A stretch of DNA of 19,439 nt, from IMG/VR virus record IMGVR_UViG_2925903241_000001, positions 1 through 19,439 of that record, one strand, 5' to 3'. Positions 1 to 8,403 of this stretch are shown here, in pieces (positions within the stretch are counted from its first letter, which is position 1; every line of letters begins with the position of its first letter). The position numbers and the translations under genes are program-made. Under the pieces are notes generated by a model, which was given only the letters and a program-made list of their open reading frames with translations, was not told the origin of the DNA and searched no databases. Origin of the DNA: a virus. Its lineage: Duplodnaviria; Heunggongvirae; Uroviricota; Caudoviricetes.

Positions 1-1011
1 TTATAACGTCACTCCGCCTTTTAGTGGATTCAGAGCGACGGCATTTTGCAGATAGTCAGGCGCAAGGTGCGCATAGGCCATCGTCTGCTGAATGCTCGCA
101 TGTCCCAGAATCTGTTGCAGTGCGATTATATTGCCCCCATTCATCATGAAATGGCTTGCGAATGTATGCCGCAGGATGTGGGTTGCCTGATTGGGTGGTA
201 TATCAGGTTTCACTCTGCGTAAAATCCCGCAAAATTTCTCATAATCAACTTTGAATAATTTGGCGCTGGCCTCCTCTTTAACTTTTTTCTCCAGTTCCTC
301 AGAAATCGGCACGGTTCGCTTTTTACCGTTTTTGGTTTTCAGGAAGGTAACCCTGCAATTTGTAATCTGTGCTGGTTTTAGCGTGGCAACTTCCGTCCAT
401 CTTCCTCCGGTGCTCAGACATAAAAGCGCGACAAGTAAGTCATCACCAGCCAAAACATTTAACAGTTTTTCGATTTCTGCTTTTTCCAGGAACGTCATTT
501 CAGGGTTGGCCTCCGCCAGTGGCGGCAGTCCGTGAATTGGGTGTTGCCCGGAAAATTCATCCAATTGAATTAATTTTGTGAACATGCCGGATAATCGGTA
601 CATGTCACGGTTTATCGTTGCGGCACTGATACCATCACGTAGTCGCATGGAACGATAATCCATCAAAGCCCTTTTGCTCATCCTGCTCACTGGTATATCA
701 CCTATGCCGCTGATGGTTTTGAGTAGATGATTAAACTCTTTTGTTCCATGCTCGTGGTTTTGCCCGTGATATTTCCACCAGATGTCCAGCAACTCACTCA
801 AAGTCCGGCGGTCTGCTCGCTGGCCTCCCCATTCTTTCTGACTGGCATTGGCGATTGTGTATCGCTCAAATGCTAGTGCTTCAGCTTTTCTTTCGAATTT
901 CCTGCGGATGCGTTTTCCGTCGCGACCGCGAGGTCTAATGTCCACTTCATAGCGACCATCATCGAGCTTCTTAATTGCCATAAGAAAGCCCTCCGGCGCT
1001 GTATTCACCAT
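1..1011 (-). CDS. int: P2-like phage integrase (tyrosine recombinase)
   Basis: 336-aa minus-strand ORF with stop at 1-3. Internal stretch MAIKKLDDGRYEVDIRP matches the P2 Int N-terminus as I recall it, so the true start may be the internal ATG near 981. C-terminal ...HxLRHTFAS...ILGH...YAH resembles the tyrosine-recombinase catalytic motifs. Sits at the prophage left end, transcribed leftward with the repressor as in P2. Confidence 0.9.
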   Translation of the reverse strand: MVNTAPEGFLMAIKKLDDGRYEVDIRPRGRDGKRIRRKFERKAEALAFERYTIANASQKEWGGQRADRRTLSELLDIWWKYHGQNHEHGTKEFNHLLKTISGIGDIPVSRMSKRALMDYRSMRLRDGISAATINRDMYRLSGMFTKLIQLDEFSGQHPIHGLPPLAEANPEMTFLEKAEIEKLLNVLAGDDLLVALLCLSTGGRWTEVATLKPAQITNCRVTFLKTKNGKKRTVPISEELEKKVKEEASAKLFKVDYEKFCGILRRVKPDIPPNQATHILRHTFASHFMMNGGNIIALQQILGHASIQQTMAYAHLAPDYLQNAVALNPLKGGVTL

Positions 1012-1050
1012 CTTGGTAGCAAATGGTGAAAATGTAATCTTTATATAGAG

Positions 1051-1344
1051 TTAGCCAATCCTTTTCGCGGAGTGGTTGGACTCTGTTGACTCTGGCCCAA
1101 TGTGCGCGAGAGCCGGTGCGATTTGTCCTGCGTCCGGCGCGGTTTTATCTGTCATAAGCCATAGAGCATATTTTTGGAATGTGGGATGCATAGTGATTTT
1201 TAGCAAAGCTGTGCCACCGGGTTCAAAGTTTCCTCCTTCATATTTTTTAAGTGTGCTTAGCGGTAACTCTATGATTTCACAGAATTTTGATTGGCTTAGC
1301 CCTTCAGCCTCACGCAAGGCCTTAATCTTTTCGCTTAATTTCAT
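1051..1344 (-). CDS. P2 C-like immunity repressor (small HTH protein)
   Basis: 97-aa ORF directly upstream of int on the same strand. C-terminal GQIAPALAH motif is shared with P2 C as I recall it. The N-terminus differs from P2 C, suggesting a different immunity type. Confidence 0.75.
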   Translation of the reverse strand: MKLSEKIKALREAEGLSQSKFCEIIELPLSTLKKYEGGNFEPGGTALLKITMHPTFQKYALWLMTDKTAPDAGQIAPALAHIGPESTESNHSAKRIG

Positions 1345-1465
1345 TTGACATGGTGCCTATATAGGGACTAAATCCCCTCAAAACTGGAACCTATATAGGT
1401 TCCATTGATTTGAGAATAAACCAGCATCTAAACGGTTTTGAGTGGTTTAGAAAGGGCTGGATCCT
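1345..1465. promoter_or_regulatory. Divergent early promoter/operator switch region between the repressor and cox
   Basis: 121-bp intergenic region between divergently oriented genes. Contains TTGACA at 1345-1350 abutting the repressor start codon, the palindrome CCTATATAGG at 1356-1365, and a perfect 18-bp palindrome GGAACCTATATAGGTTCC at 1387-1404. Exact -10/-35 assignment is not resolved by eye. Confidence 0.5.
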
Positions 1466-1480
1466 ATGAGGGTACCATAT

Positions 1481-1753
1481 ATGGACGCTGAAAATTATGT
1501 GATTCAGTATCCGCTTGATGCGGTTCATGTGGATAAATTTGCTGATTTATTAGGGAAGCCAAAGACAGCCGTCAGTGAAATGGTGAAGGCAAATAAATTA
1601 CCAATTATTGAATTGCGTGATCCTTGCAAACCGAAGGCTCGTGCCGGTGAAAAATGGGTTTTCATTCCTGAGTTTAATCGCGCTGTACGTGAGGCGTTTT
1701 ATAACCGACCGGTTGAACAGCGTGATGCATGGCTTTTGTGGATGGGGTTGTGA
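1481..1753 (+). CDS. cox: Cox-like excisionase / early regulator
   Basis: First rightward gene after the switch region. The ORF track starts at 1466, but the ATG at 1481 has a GAGGG Shine-Dalgarno about 9 nt upstream and gives 90 aa, close to P2 Cox. Product has the pattern ...GKLP.I...AG..WV..P.. ending ...WLLWMGL, similar to P2 Cox ...WLMWLGL from memory. Confidence 0.6.
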   Translation: MDAENYVIQYPLDAVHVDKFADLLGKPKTAVSEMVKANKLPIIELRDPCKPKARAGEKWVFIPEFNRAVREAFYNRPVEQRDAWLLWMGL

Positions 1754-1755
1754 TT

Positions 1756-1926
1756 ATGAATGAGCCGCGTTGTATTGCTCAGTTATTGCGTAACGAAAGC
1801 CCCAGGGCGATTGACTTCACCATCACCCACGGTAAGGGGCGTAAGGGAATCATTATCCGCACCAAAAAACAGAGTCCGTTAAAAAAGGCTCTGACCTTTC
1901 TGAAAAGCCGGAGGGTATGGAAATGA
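1756..1926 (+). CDS. Small hypothetical early protein (position of P2 orf78)
   Basis: ORF track gives 1729..1926; the ATG at 1756 (MNEPRCIAQLL...) avoids overlap with cox. Assignment is positional only. Confidence 0.35.
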   Translation: MNEPRCIAQLLRNESPRAIDFTITHGKGRKGIIIRTKKQSPLKKALTFLKSRRVWK

Positions 1927-2423
1927 CAGTGATGACGCTCAATCTCGTTGAAAAACAGCCAGCAGCTATGCGCCGGATAATTGGCAAGCATCTTGCCGTC
2001 CCTCGCTGGCAGGATACATGTGATTATTATAATCAGATGATGGAGCGCGAACGGCTAACGGTTTGCTTTCATGCACAGTTAAAACAGCGTCACGCAACGA
2101 TGCGTTTTGAAGAAATGAACGACGTCGAACGTGAACGACTGGTTTGTGCAATTGATGAATTGCGTGGCGCATTCTCAAAACGCCGTCAGGTCGGCGCAAG
2201 TGAGTATGCATATATTAGTTTTTTAACAGTCAGTCAGCGTCGTACTTTATTTATGCATGCGGGATTGACAGAAAAAGAATTCAATCAGCCGTACTGGCGA
2301 ATTAATGAAGAATCATGTTACTGGCGTGATGCTTTATTCCGTGCATTACGTGAATTATTCAGTCTGTTTGAGTATGCACCGACAATTCTGACGTCGGTAA
2401 AACCAGAGCAATATCTGCATTAA
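1917..2423 (+). CDS. P2 gpB-like early replication protein (tentative)
   Basis: 168-aa ORF at the position and size of P2 gene B (about 166 aa from memory) between cox and the small orf80-83-like genes. Based on synteny and size, not sequence recall. Confidence 0.5.
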   Translation: MEMTVMTLNLVEKQPAAMRRIIGKHLAVPRWQDTCDYYNQMMERERLTVCFHAQLKQRHATMRFEEMNDVERERLVCAIDELRGAFSKRRQVGASEYAYISFLTVSQRRTLFMHAGLTEKEFNQPYWRINEESCYWRDALFRALRELFSLFEYAPTILTSVKPEQYLH

Positions 2424-2486
2424 ATAATTAACCAGAGTTTTTAACGCACTTAATCGTGCGGGGCTTCTTTTTGCCTGGAGAAAGTC

Positions 2487-2711
2487 ATGCATACAGTTTC
2501 TGAAAATCAGTGCGGTAAATACGCATTACTGCTGCAACAGGCCAGAACCGAAGCACAGGCCGACGCTGCGACGCGCTTTTCTTCTCATCTTGACGCCATG
2601 ATTCGCCACATCACAAAGGCGGAGTTATCCCGCGTGGAGATAGTTGAGCTGCTCAGTCAGGAGTCGGAAAAATTTCACAATATCGGATTGTCTCGCGGGG
2701 AGGTGCTTTGA
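2487..2711 (+). CDS. Hypothetical early protein (P2 orf80 position)
   Basis: 74-aa ORF; its stop overlaps the next start (ATGA), indicating translational coupling within the early operon. Confidence 0.5.
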   Translation: MHTVSENQCGKYALLLQQARTEAQADAATRFSSHLDAMIRHITKAELSRVEIVELLSQESEKFHNIGLSRGEVL

Positions 2712-3013
2712 TGTCCTGTTCTCGTTCGGTTGTATTACTGAATAACGCCTTAAAAATCGCCGTTATGAAAAATGGTGATTTGTCTCTTATTCAACTTGGT
2801 ATTGATAAAGAGAAGCGCGAAATAACTGAATCTGTTATCGCGATTTATCAGAGTGAATTAAACCTCCTGTCTGATGTGGTCAATTTACTTGTTAAACGCG
2901 CTGTATTCCACAAGCAAATTTCCTCAGTGGATGAACTGACAAAATTAACGACAGAACTCGCCAGTTATTGCGCTGATGAATTTAAGAAGCTGAACGACAA
3001 AAGGAGCTGGTAA
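2708..3013 (+). CDS. Hypothetical early protein, AT-rich (P2 orf81 position)
   Basis: 101-aa ORF, visibly AT-richer than its neighbours. Tightly packed with the flanking genes (ATGA overlap upstream, the next start abuts its stop). Confidence 0.5.
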   Translation: MMSCSRSVVLLNNALKIAVMKNGDLSLIQLGIDKEKREITESVIAIYQSELNLLSDVVNLLVKRAVFHKQISSVDELTKLTTELASYCADEFKKLNDKRSW

Positions 3014-3237
3014 TGCCGGACAACGTGGATTTTATTCAGGAACAACAGGCTGAATTACTGGAGCGCCAGATTAACGCGGCAAGGGTAAAACATTGCGGTG
3101 TTTCTGCGCTGGTTTGCGAAGAGTGTGACGCGCCAATACCTGCTGCCCGTCGTGCGGCTTATCCGTCAGCCACGCGTTGTGTTTCCTGTCAGTCAGTCTT
3201 TGAAGCAAAAAACAAACATTACCGGAGAACGGCATGA
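3013..3237 (+). CDS. TraR/DksA-family C4 zinc-finger protein (P2 orf82-like)
   Basis: 74-aa product with CxxC...CxxC arrangement (C-E-E-C ... C-V-S-C) typical of phage TraR/DksA-like zinc fingers. Confidence 0.7.
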   Translation: MPDNVDFIQEQQAELLERQINAARVKHCGVSALVCEECDAPIPAARRAAYPSATRCVSCQSVFEAKNKHYRRTA

Positions 3238-3509
3238 GTATTCGTATTGAAATTGGCGAACGTTATGTCGTTACCAGTGACAGCTTTCAGTTTATTCTCC
3301 ACGAGAAAAAGAGAGCGGAAAGCGGTAAAAACGCCGGTCAGGAATGGCTGGCGGTGGTTGGTTATTACCCGAAATTAGGCCAGCTCGTTTCCGGCCTGAT
3401 GCATCACGATATTCTGACCGGAAGCGCAAAATCTTTTGCTGATTTAAACGCGCAGGTTGAGCAACTCAGCAAGCGTTGTTCAGAGGCTTTTGGCTCATAT
3501 GGCCGTTAA
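3234..3509 (+). CDS. Hypothetical early protein (P2 orf83 position)
   Basis: 91-aa ORF; its stop at 3507-3509 overlaps the A start codon at 3499. Confidence 0.55.
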   Translation: MSIRIEIGERYVVTSDSFQFILHEKKRAESGKNAGQEWLAVVGYYPKLGQLVSGLMHHDILTGSAKSFADLNAQVEQLSKRCSEAFGSYGR

Positions 3510-4869
3510 AGCCTCCGGGCGTTTTGTCCCTCCGTCAGCATTTACCGCAGGCACCGGTAAGGCGTTTACCGGTGCTTATGCATGGAACGCGCCACGCGAG
3601 GCTGTCGGGCGCGAAAGACCTCTTACACGTGACGAGATGCGTCAGGTGCAAGGTGTTTTATCCACGATTAACCGCCTGCCTTACTTTTTGCGCTCGCTGT
3701 TTACTTCACGCTATGACTACATCCGGCGCAATAAAAGCCCGGTGCACGGGTTTTATTTCCTCACATCTACTTTTCAGCGTCGTTTATGGCCGCGCATTGA
3801 GCGTGTGAATCAGCGCCATGAAATGAACACCGACGCGTCGTTGCTGTTTCTGGCAGAGCGTGACCACTATGCGCGCCTGCCGGGAATGAATGACAAGGAG
3901 CTGAAAAAGTTTGCCGCCCGTATCTCATCGCAGCTTTTCATGATGTATGAGGAACTCTGCGATGCATGGGTTGATGCGCATGGTGAAAAAGAATCGCTGT
4001 TTACGGATGAGGCGCAGGCTCACCTGTATGGTCATGTTGCTGGCGCTGCACGTGCTTTCAATATTTCCCCGCTCTACTGGAAAAAATACCGTAAAGGACA
4101 GATGACCACGAGGCAGGCATATTCTGCCATTGCCCGCCTGTTTAACGATGAGTGGTGGACTCATCAGCTTAAAGGCCAGCGTATGCGCTGGCATGAGGCG
4201 TTACTGATAGCTGTCGGGGAGGTCAATAAAGACCGTTCTCCTTATGCCAGTAAACACGCCATTCGTGATGTGCGTGCGCGCCGCCAGGCAAATCTGGAAT
4301 TTCTTAAATCGTGTGACCTTGAAAACAGGGAAACCGGCGAGCGCATCGACCTTATCAGTAAGGTGATGGGCAGTATTTCTAATCCTGAAATTCGCCGGAT
4401 GGAGCTGATGAACACCATTGCCGGTATTGAGCGTTACGCCGCCGCAGAGGGTGATGTGGGGATGTTTATCACGCTGACCGCGCCGTCAAAGTATCACCCG
4501 ACACGTCAGGTCGGAAAAGGCGAAAGTAAAACCGTTCAGCTTAATCACGGCTGGAACGATGAGGCATTTAATCCAAAGGATGCGCAGCGTTATCTCTGCC
4601 GTATCTGGAGCCTGATGCGCACGGCATTCAAGGATAATGATTTACAGGTCTACGGTTTGCGAGTCGTCGAGCCACACCACGACGGAACGCCGCACTGGCA
4701 TATGATGCTTTTTTGTCATCCACGCCAGCGTAACCAGATTATCGAAATCATGCGTCGCTATGCGCTCAAAGAGGATGGCGACGAAAGAGGTGCGTATTTT
4801 CATGAAAGGAGATCACTCAATAACTTCCATCGAGATCGGGTAATAACATTTGAACAGATCGCTGAATAA
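3499..4869 (+). pseudogene. A: Replication initiation endonuclease gpA (rolling-circle HUH nickase), 3' truncated by IS21-family insertion
   Basis: Likely start at MAVKASGRFVPP (3499), which is the P2 gpA N-terminus as I recall it. Phage-derived coding runs to about 4790 (roughly 431 codons, versus about 761 aa for P2 gpA). The final 25 codons of the ORF (...AYFHERRSLNNFHRDRVITFEQIAE) read into the IS terminal repeat. HUH motif PHWHMM is retained near aa 405-410. Confidence 0.85.
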
Positions 4870-4983
4870 CATCGATGGAGATCACTTTTGACTCATTTTG
4901 TTATTCAGTGATCTCCATCAATGTTATTGGAACTTCACAGGTGTGTTGATCTGTATCTTTTGCCATTCCGGTAAAGGATACCT

Positions 4984-6525
4984 ATGCCAACAGTTCCAAT
5001 TTCTATGAGAAAACTTAAAGAAATTCTTAGGCTTAAATACGGTGTTGGACTCAGCCATCGACAAATTGGTCGTAGTCTTGCAATCTCCCCTTCCGTTGTA
5101 TCCAGATATGCTAATCGGGCGGCTCAACTTGGCATAAAGCAGTGGCCCTTACCTACAGGATGGGATGATACAAAACTAAAACATGCGTTCCTTCAGACCC
5201 AGGTTAAGATGAAGAAGCACTCTCTGCCTGACTGGGCTACAGTACACCGGGAACTGCGTAATAAATGCGTGACGCTGCAGCTACTCTGGGAAGAATACTG
5301 TGAGCGTAATCCAGGCGGTTTTTACAGCTATAACCATTACTGCCGGATGTACCGTGAATGGCTCAAAACCACTTCACCATCAATGCGTCAGGTACATAAA
5401 GCTGGCGAAAAACTTTTCGTTGATTACTGTGGACCTACCGTTGGCGTTACCGACCCTGAGACCGGAGAAATAAGAACTGCTCAGGTCATCGTAGCTGTTC
5501 TCGGGGCATCAAGTTACACATGGGCAGAGGCCACCTGGTCTCAGCAGCTTGAAGACTGGGTGATGAGTCATGTTCGCTGCTTCCAGTGGTTGGGTGGCGT
5601 TCCTGAACTTGTTGTTCCGGACAATCTGAAAAGCGCCACATCCAGGGCATGTAAGTATGATCCTGACGTTAACCCTACCTACCAGCAGATGCTTGAGCAT
5701 TATAATGTCGCAGTTTTGCCTGCGCGGCCACGTAAACCGAAAGATAAAGCCAAAGCTGAAGTTGGCGTTCAGGTTGTTGAACGCTGGATCATGGCCCGAA
5801 TCAGGCATGAGATCTTCTACAGCCTTGCATCGCTTAATCAGCGCATTCGGGAGTTGCTGGAAAGACTGAATAACAAAATAATGCAGAAGTTGGGTTATTC
5901 ACGTGCAGAACTCTTCATCCAGCTTGATAAACCCGCACTGAAGCCTCTTCCTGAAGCCAGTTACAGTTACACCCTGGTGAAGAAAGTCAGAGTTCATGCC
6001 GATTACCACGTGGAAATCGACAAACATTACTACTCGGTTCCATGTTCGCTGTTAGGCCAGCAACTGGAAGCATGGATCTCCGGAGAACTGGTAAGACTCT
6101 TCAATCAGGGGCAGGAGGTTGCTGTGCACCCGCGCAAGCGTACTTATGGCTACAGTACCCGCAACGAGCACATGCCTGAAGCTCATCGACAGCATGCCAC
6201 CTGGACGCCAGAGCGTCTTCTGGAATGGGCGGGGCACATAGGCAGTGAAACTCATAGTTATGTGCTTCATATACTGAACTCTCGTCCACATCCGGAACAA
6301 AGCTATCGCTTCTGCCTTGGACTCCTGAACCTTCATAAAAAATACAGTAAAGCCAGACTTAATGCAGCATGTGCAAGAGCTCTGGAAACAAAGGTATGGC
6401 GTCTGTCAGGTATTAAATCGATCCTGGAAAAAGGTCTGGATAAACAACCTGTTCAGGATCCAAAACCAGATCTGTTATCCACGATGGAACACGAAAACGT
6501 ACGCGGCAGTGAGTATTACCACTGA
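4984..6525 (+). CDS. istA: IS21-family transposase IstA
   Basis: 513-aa ORF with N-terminal HTH-like region (LSHRQIGRSLAISPSVVSRYANRA) and a central integrase-type core, immediately followed by istB. Shine-Dalgarno AGGATA upstream. Confidence 0.9.
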   Translation: MPTVPISMRKLKEILRLKYGVGLSHRQIGRSLAISPSVVSRYANRAAQLGIKQWPLPTGWDDTKLKHAFLQTQVKMKKHSLPDWATVHRELRNKCVTLQLLWEEYCERNPGGFYSYNHYCRMYREWLKTTSPSMRQVHKAGEKLFVDYCGPTVGVTDPETGEIRTAQVIVAVLGASSYTWAEATWSQQLEDWVMSHVRCFQWLGGVPELVVPDNLKSATSRACKYDPDVNPTYQQMLEHYNVAVLPARPRKPKDKAKAEVGVQVVERWIMARIRHEIFYSLASLNQRIRELLERLNNKIMQKLGYSRAELFIQLDKPALKPLPEASYSYTLVKKVRVHADYHVEIDKHYYSVPCSLLGQQLEAWISGELVRLFNQGQEVAVHPRKRTYGYSTRNEHMPEAHRQHATWTPERLLEWAGHIGSETHSYVLHILNSRPHPEQSYRFCLGLLNLHKKYSKARLNAACARALETKVWRLSGIKSILEKGLDKQPVQDPKPDLLSTMEHENVRGSEYYH

Positions 6526-6536
6526 TACGGGATCCA

Positions 6537-7286
6537 ATGATGAATCATCTTTACGAACAACTGACCGCACTTAAACTCACCGGCTTCCGTGATGCGCTTA
6601 AAAAGCAACTTGCTCAACCGGGCACATACCAGGAGCTGGGCTTCGAAGAACGCCTGTCATTACTGACAGCAGAAGAACTAACCTGCCGTGAAAACAGGAA
6701 GGCAGAGCGTCTGATCAAACATGCACGGTTCAGACTTAATGCTGAGTTATCAAAGCTGGATTATCGTAACAATAGAGGGCTGGACAGGGCCCTCATCCGT
6801 TCACTCAGTCAGGGAAACTGGTTAACCCTGAAACAAAATATTTTACTGACCGGGGCCACCGGCAGCGGTAAAACGTTCCTGGCATGTGCACTTGGTCATA
6901 ATGCCTGCCGACAGGGATACAAGGTCTACTATTATCGCCTTAAAGCGCTGATGGAACAGTGCTATCAGGGGCATGCTGATGGAAGATACAGCAAACTTTT
7001 GACCAGGCTGAATAATAGCGATCTGCTGCTTCTGGATGACTGGGGGCTGGAACCTCTCTCATCAGAACAGCGTAGCGACCTGCTGGAAATAGTGGATCTG
7101 ATGTACCAACGAGGCTCAATCATCGTAGTGAGCCAGTTGCCGGTGGAAAACTGGTACAAAATGATCGGAGACTCCACACATGCGGATGCCATCCTAGATC
7201 GACTGGTTCATGGCAGTATCAAGATCGAACTTAAAGGAGAATCAATGCGGAAAATACAATCTCCGTTGACCGAAGGAGATCAGTGA
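6537..7286 (+). CDS. istB: IS21-family ATP-binding helper protein IstB
   Basis: 249-aa ORF with Walker A GATGSGKT and Walker B-like LLLLDDWG, 11 bp downstream of istA. Confidence 0.9.
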   Translation: MMNHLYEQLTALKLTGFRDALKKQLAQPGTYQELGFEERLSLLTAEELTCRENRKAERLIKHARFRLNAELSKLDYRNNRGLDRALIRSLSQGNWLTLKQNILLTGATGSGKTFLACALGHNACRQGYKVYYYRLKALMEQCYQGHADGRYSKLLTRLNNSDLLLLDDWGLEPLSSEQRSDLLEIVDLMYQRGSIIVVSQLPVENWYKMIGDSTHADAILDRLVHGSIKIELKGESMRKIQSPLTEGDQ

Positions 7287-7411
7287 AGGTAATTTAAAAA
7301 CGGTTCTGTGAAAGTGACACGAACCGATCTCCATCGATGTTACTCACCGATCTCCTTCACGGTAATACGCAAAGGCCACGGAACAGGCACACCAACGGGT
7401 AATACAGAGCC

Positions 7412-7437
7412 TTCTCCCAAACCAACGTTTATGAAAA
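7412..7437. other. Orphan gix/hix/pix-like invertase crossover site
   Basis: TTCTCCCAAACC-AA-CGTTTATGAAAA: a 26-bp imperfect palindrome (half-sites match 8/12 in inverse orientation) with central AA dinucleotide and AAACC..GGTTT-type core, resembling hixL and gix sites as I recall them. Lies 56 bp upstream of the invertase start, as in Gin/Hin systems. No partner site found in the window. Confidence 0.6.
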
Positions 7438-7517
7438 TGCAGAGATAACGGGCAAGTGGCATCATCTCCGGTTTTTATTCAGGGGGATGCTCATGCTTAT
7501 TGGCTATGTACGCGTGT

Positions 7518-7525
7518 CAACAAAT
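7518..7525. repeat. IS66 target-site duplication, left copy (CAACAAAT)
   Basis: 8-bp direct repeat immediately flanking the IS66-family left end; identical copy at 9981-9988. Confidence 0.9.
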
Positions 7526-7606
7526 GTAAGCGTCGTCTCAGCACCGTCTGGCAGATCCTGAAATTCCTGAGAGAATAGTGGACACCAAATATGGTGGACG
7601 CAATCC

Positions 7607-8011
7607 ATGAAATCATTAACCGCAGTGCGTAAAAAAAGCCCTAATTATCCCGTTGAGTTCAAAATCAAAATGGTTGAACTCTCGCATCGACCAGAGATCT
7701 CCGTAGCGCAACTCGCTCGTGAGCATGGGATCAACGATAATTTGCTGTTCAAGTGGCGCCAGTACTGGCGCGAAGGAAAACTACGTCCTCCTTCAACAAC
7801 AGAAAACAACGTGCCTGAGCTGCTCCCGATAACACTTGATGCCGAAGATGTTGTCCCTACAACCTCCCCCCGGTCACAACCTGTAGCTGCTGCGACACCT
7901 GAATCACTCAATATCAGCTGTGAAGTGACGTTCCGGCACGGATCACTCCGTCTGAATGGTGCCATCAGCGAAAATATCCTGAACCTGCTGATACGGGAGC
8001 TCAAACGTTGA
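7607..8011 (+). CDS. tnpA: IS66-family accessory protein TnpA (orfA)
   Basis: 134-aa ORF, first gene of the IS66 module; stop overlaps the tnpB start. Confidence 0.8.
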   Translation: MKSLTAVRKKSPNYPVEFKIKMVELSHRPEISVAQLAREHGINDNLLFKWRQYWREGKLRPPSTTENNVPELLPITLDAEDVVPTTSPRSQPVAAATPESLNISCEVTFRHGSLRLNGAISENILNLLIRELKR

Positions 8012-8355
8012 TCCCATTACCATCAGGGACAAAGATCTGGCTGGTCGCTGGCATCACCGATATGAGAAACGGCTTCAACGGCCTGGCGGCAAAGGTGCAG
8101 ACGACGCTGAAAGACGATCCGATGTCAGGTCACGTTTTTATCTTCCGTGGGCGTAATGGCAGTCAGGTAAAGCTCCTCTGGTCTACCGGCGATGGACTGT
8201 GTCTGCTGACCAAACGGCTGGAGCGCGGCCGCTTCGCCTGGCCGTCAGCCCGGGATGGCAAAGTGTTCCTCACACCGGCACAGCTGGCGATGCTGCTGGA
8301 AGGTATCGACTGGCGGCAGCCTAAAAGACTGCTTACGTCCCTGACTATGTTGTAA
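8008..8355 (+). CDS. tnpB: IS66-family accessory protein TnpB (orfB)
   Basis: 115-aa ORF MIPLPSGTKIWLVAGITDMR..., the conserved IS66 orfB-type protein by recall. Confidence 0.85.
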   Translation: MIPLPSGTKIWLVAGITDMRNGFNGLAAKVQTTLKDDPMSGHVFIFRGRNGSQVKLLWSTGDGLCLLTKRLERGRFAWPSARDGKVFLTPAQLAMLLEGIDWRQPKRLLTSLTML

Positions 8356-8403
8356 GCCTCTTTATCCTGGTCGACGCTGAATGAGCCTGGTAATATACCC
8401 GGT

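Larger units (their letters stand above)
4791..7371 (+). mobile_element. IS21-family insertion sequence (istA-istB), about 2.58 kb, no target-site duplication
   Basis: Ends assigned from terminal inverted-repeat similarity: left TGCGTATTTTCATGAAAGGAGATCAC... (from 4791) versus the reverse complement of the right end TGCGTATTACCGTGAAGGAGATCGG... (ending 7371), TG...CA termini. Repeated GGAGATC(A/G) and AATAACAT motifs at both ends are consistent with multiple transposase-binding repeats. Flanks GAAAGAGG and AAGGCCAC do not match. Boundaries are good to within a few bp only. Confidence 0.8.

Noticed and set aside
2424-2486. Possible terminator hairpin after the gpB-like gene (CGCAC-TTAAT-CGTGCG followed by a T-rich stretch)
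   Set aside because: The stem is only 5 bp and sits inside a polycistronic early operon; too weak to call.
3476-3808. 110-aa alternative-frame ORF overlapping the 5' end of gene A
   Set aside because: Same strand, different frame, entirely inside A; no independent support.
4866-4928. Inverted repeat that could be read as a separate small element or terminator
   Set aside because: It is made of the same GGAGATCAC/AATAACAT motifs found at both IS21 ends, so it is better explained as part of the IS terminal repeat region.
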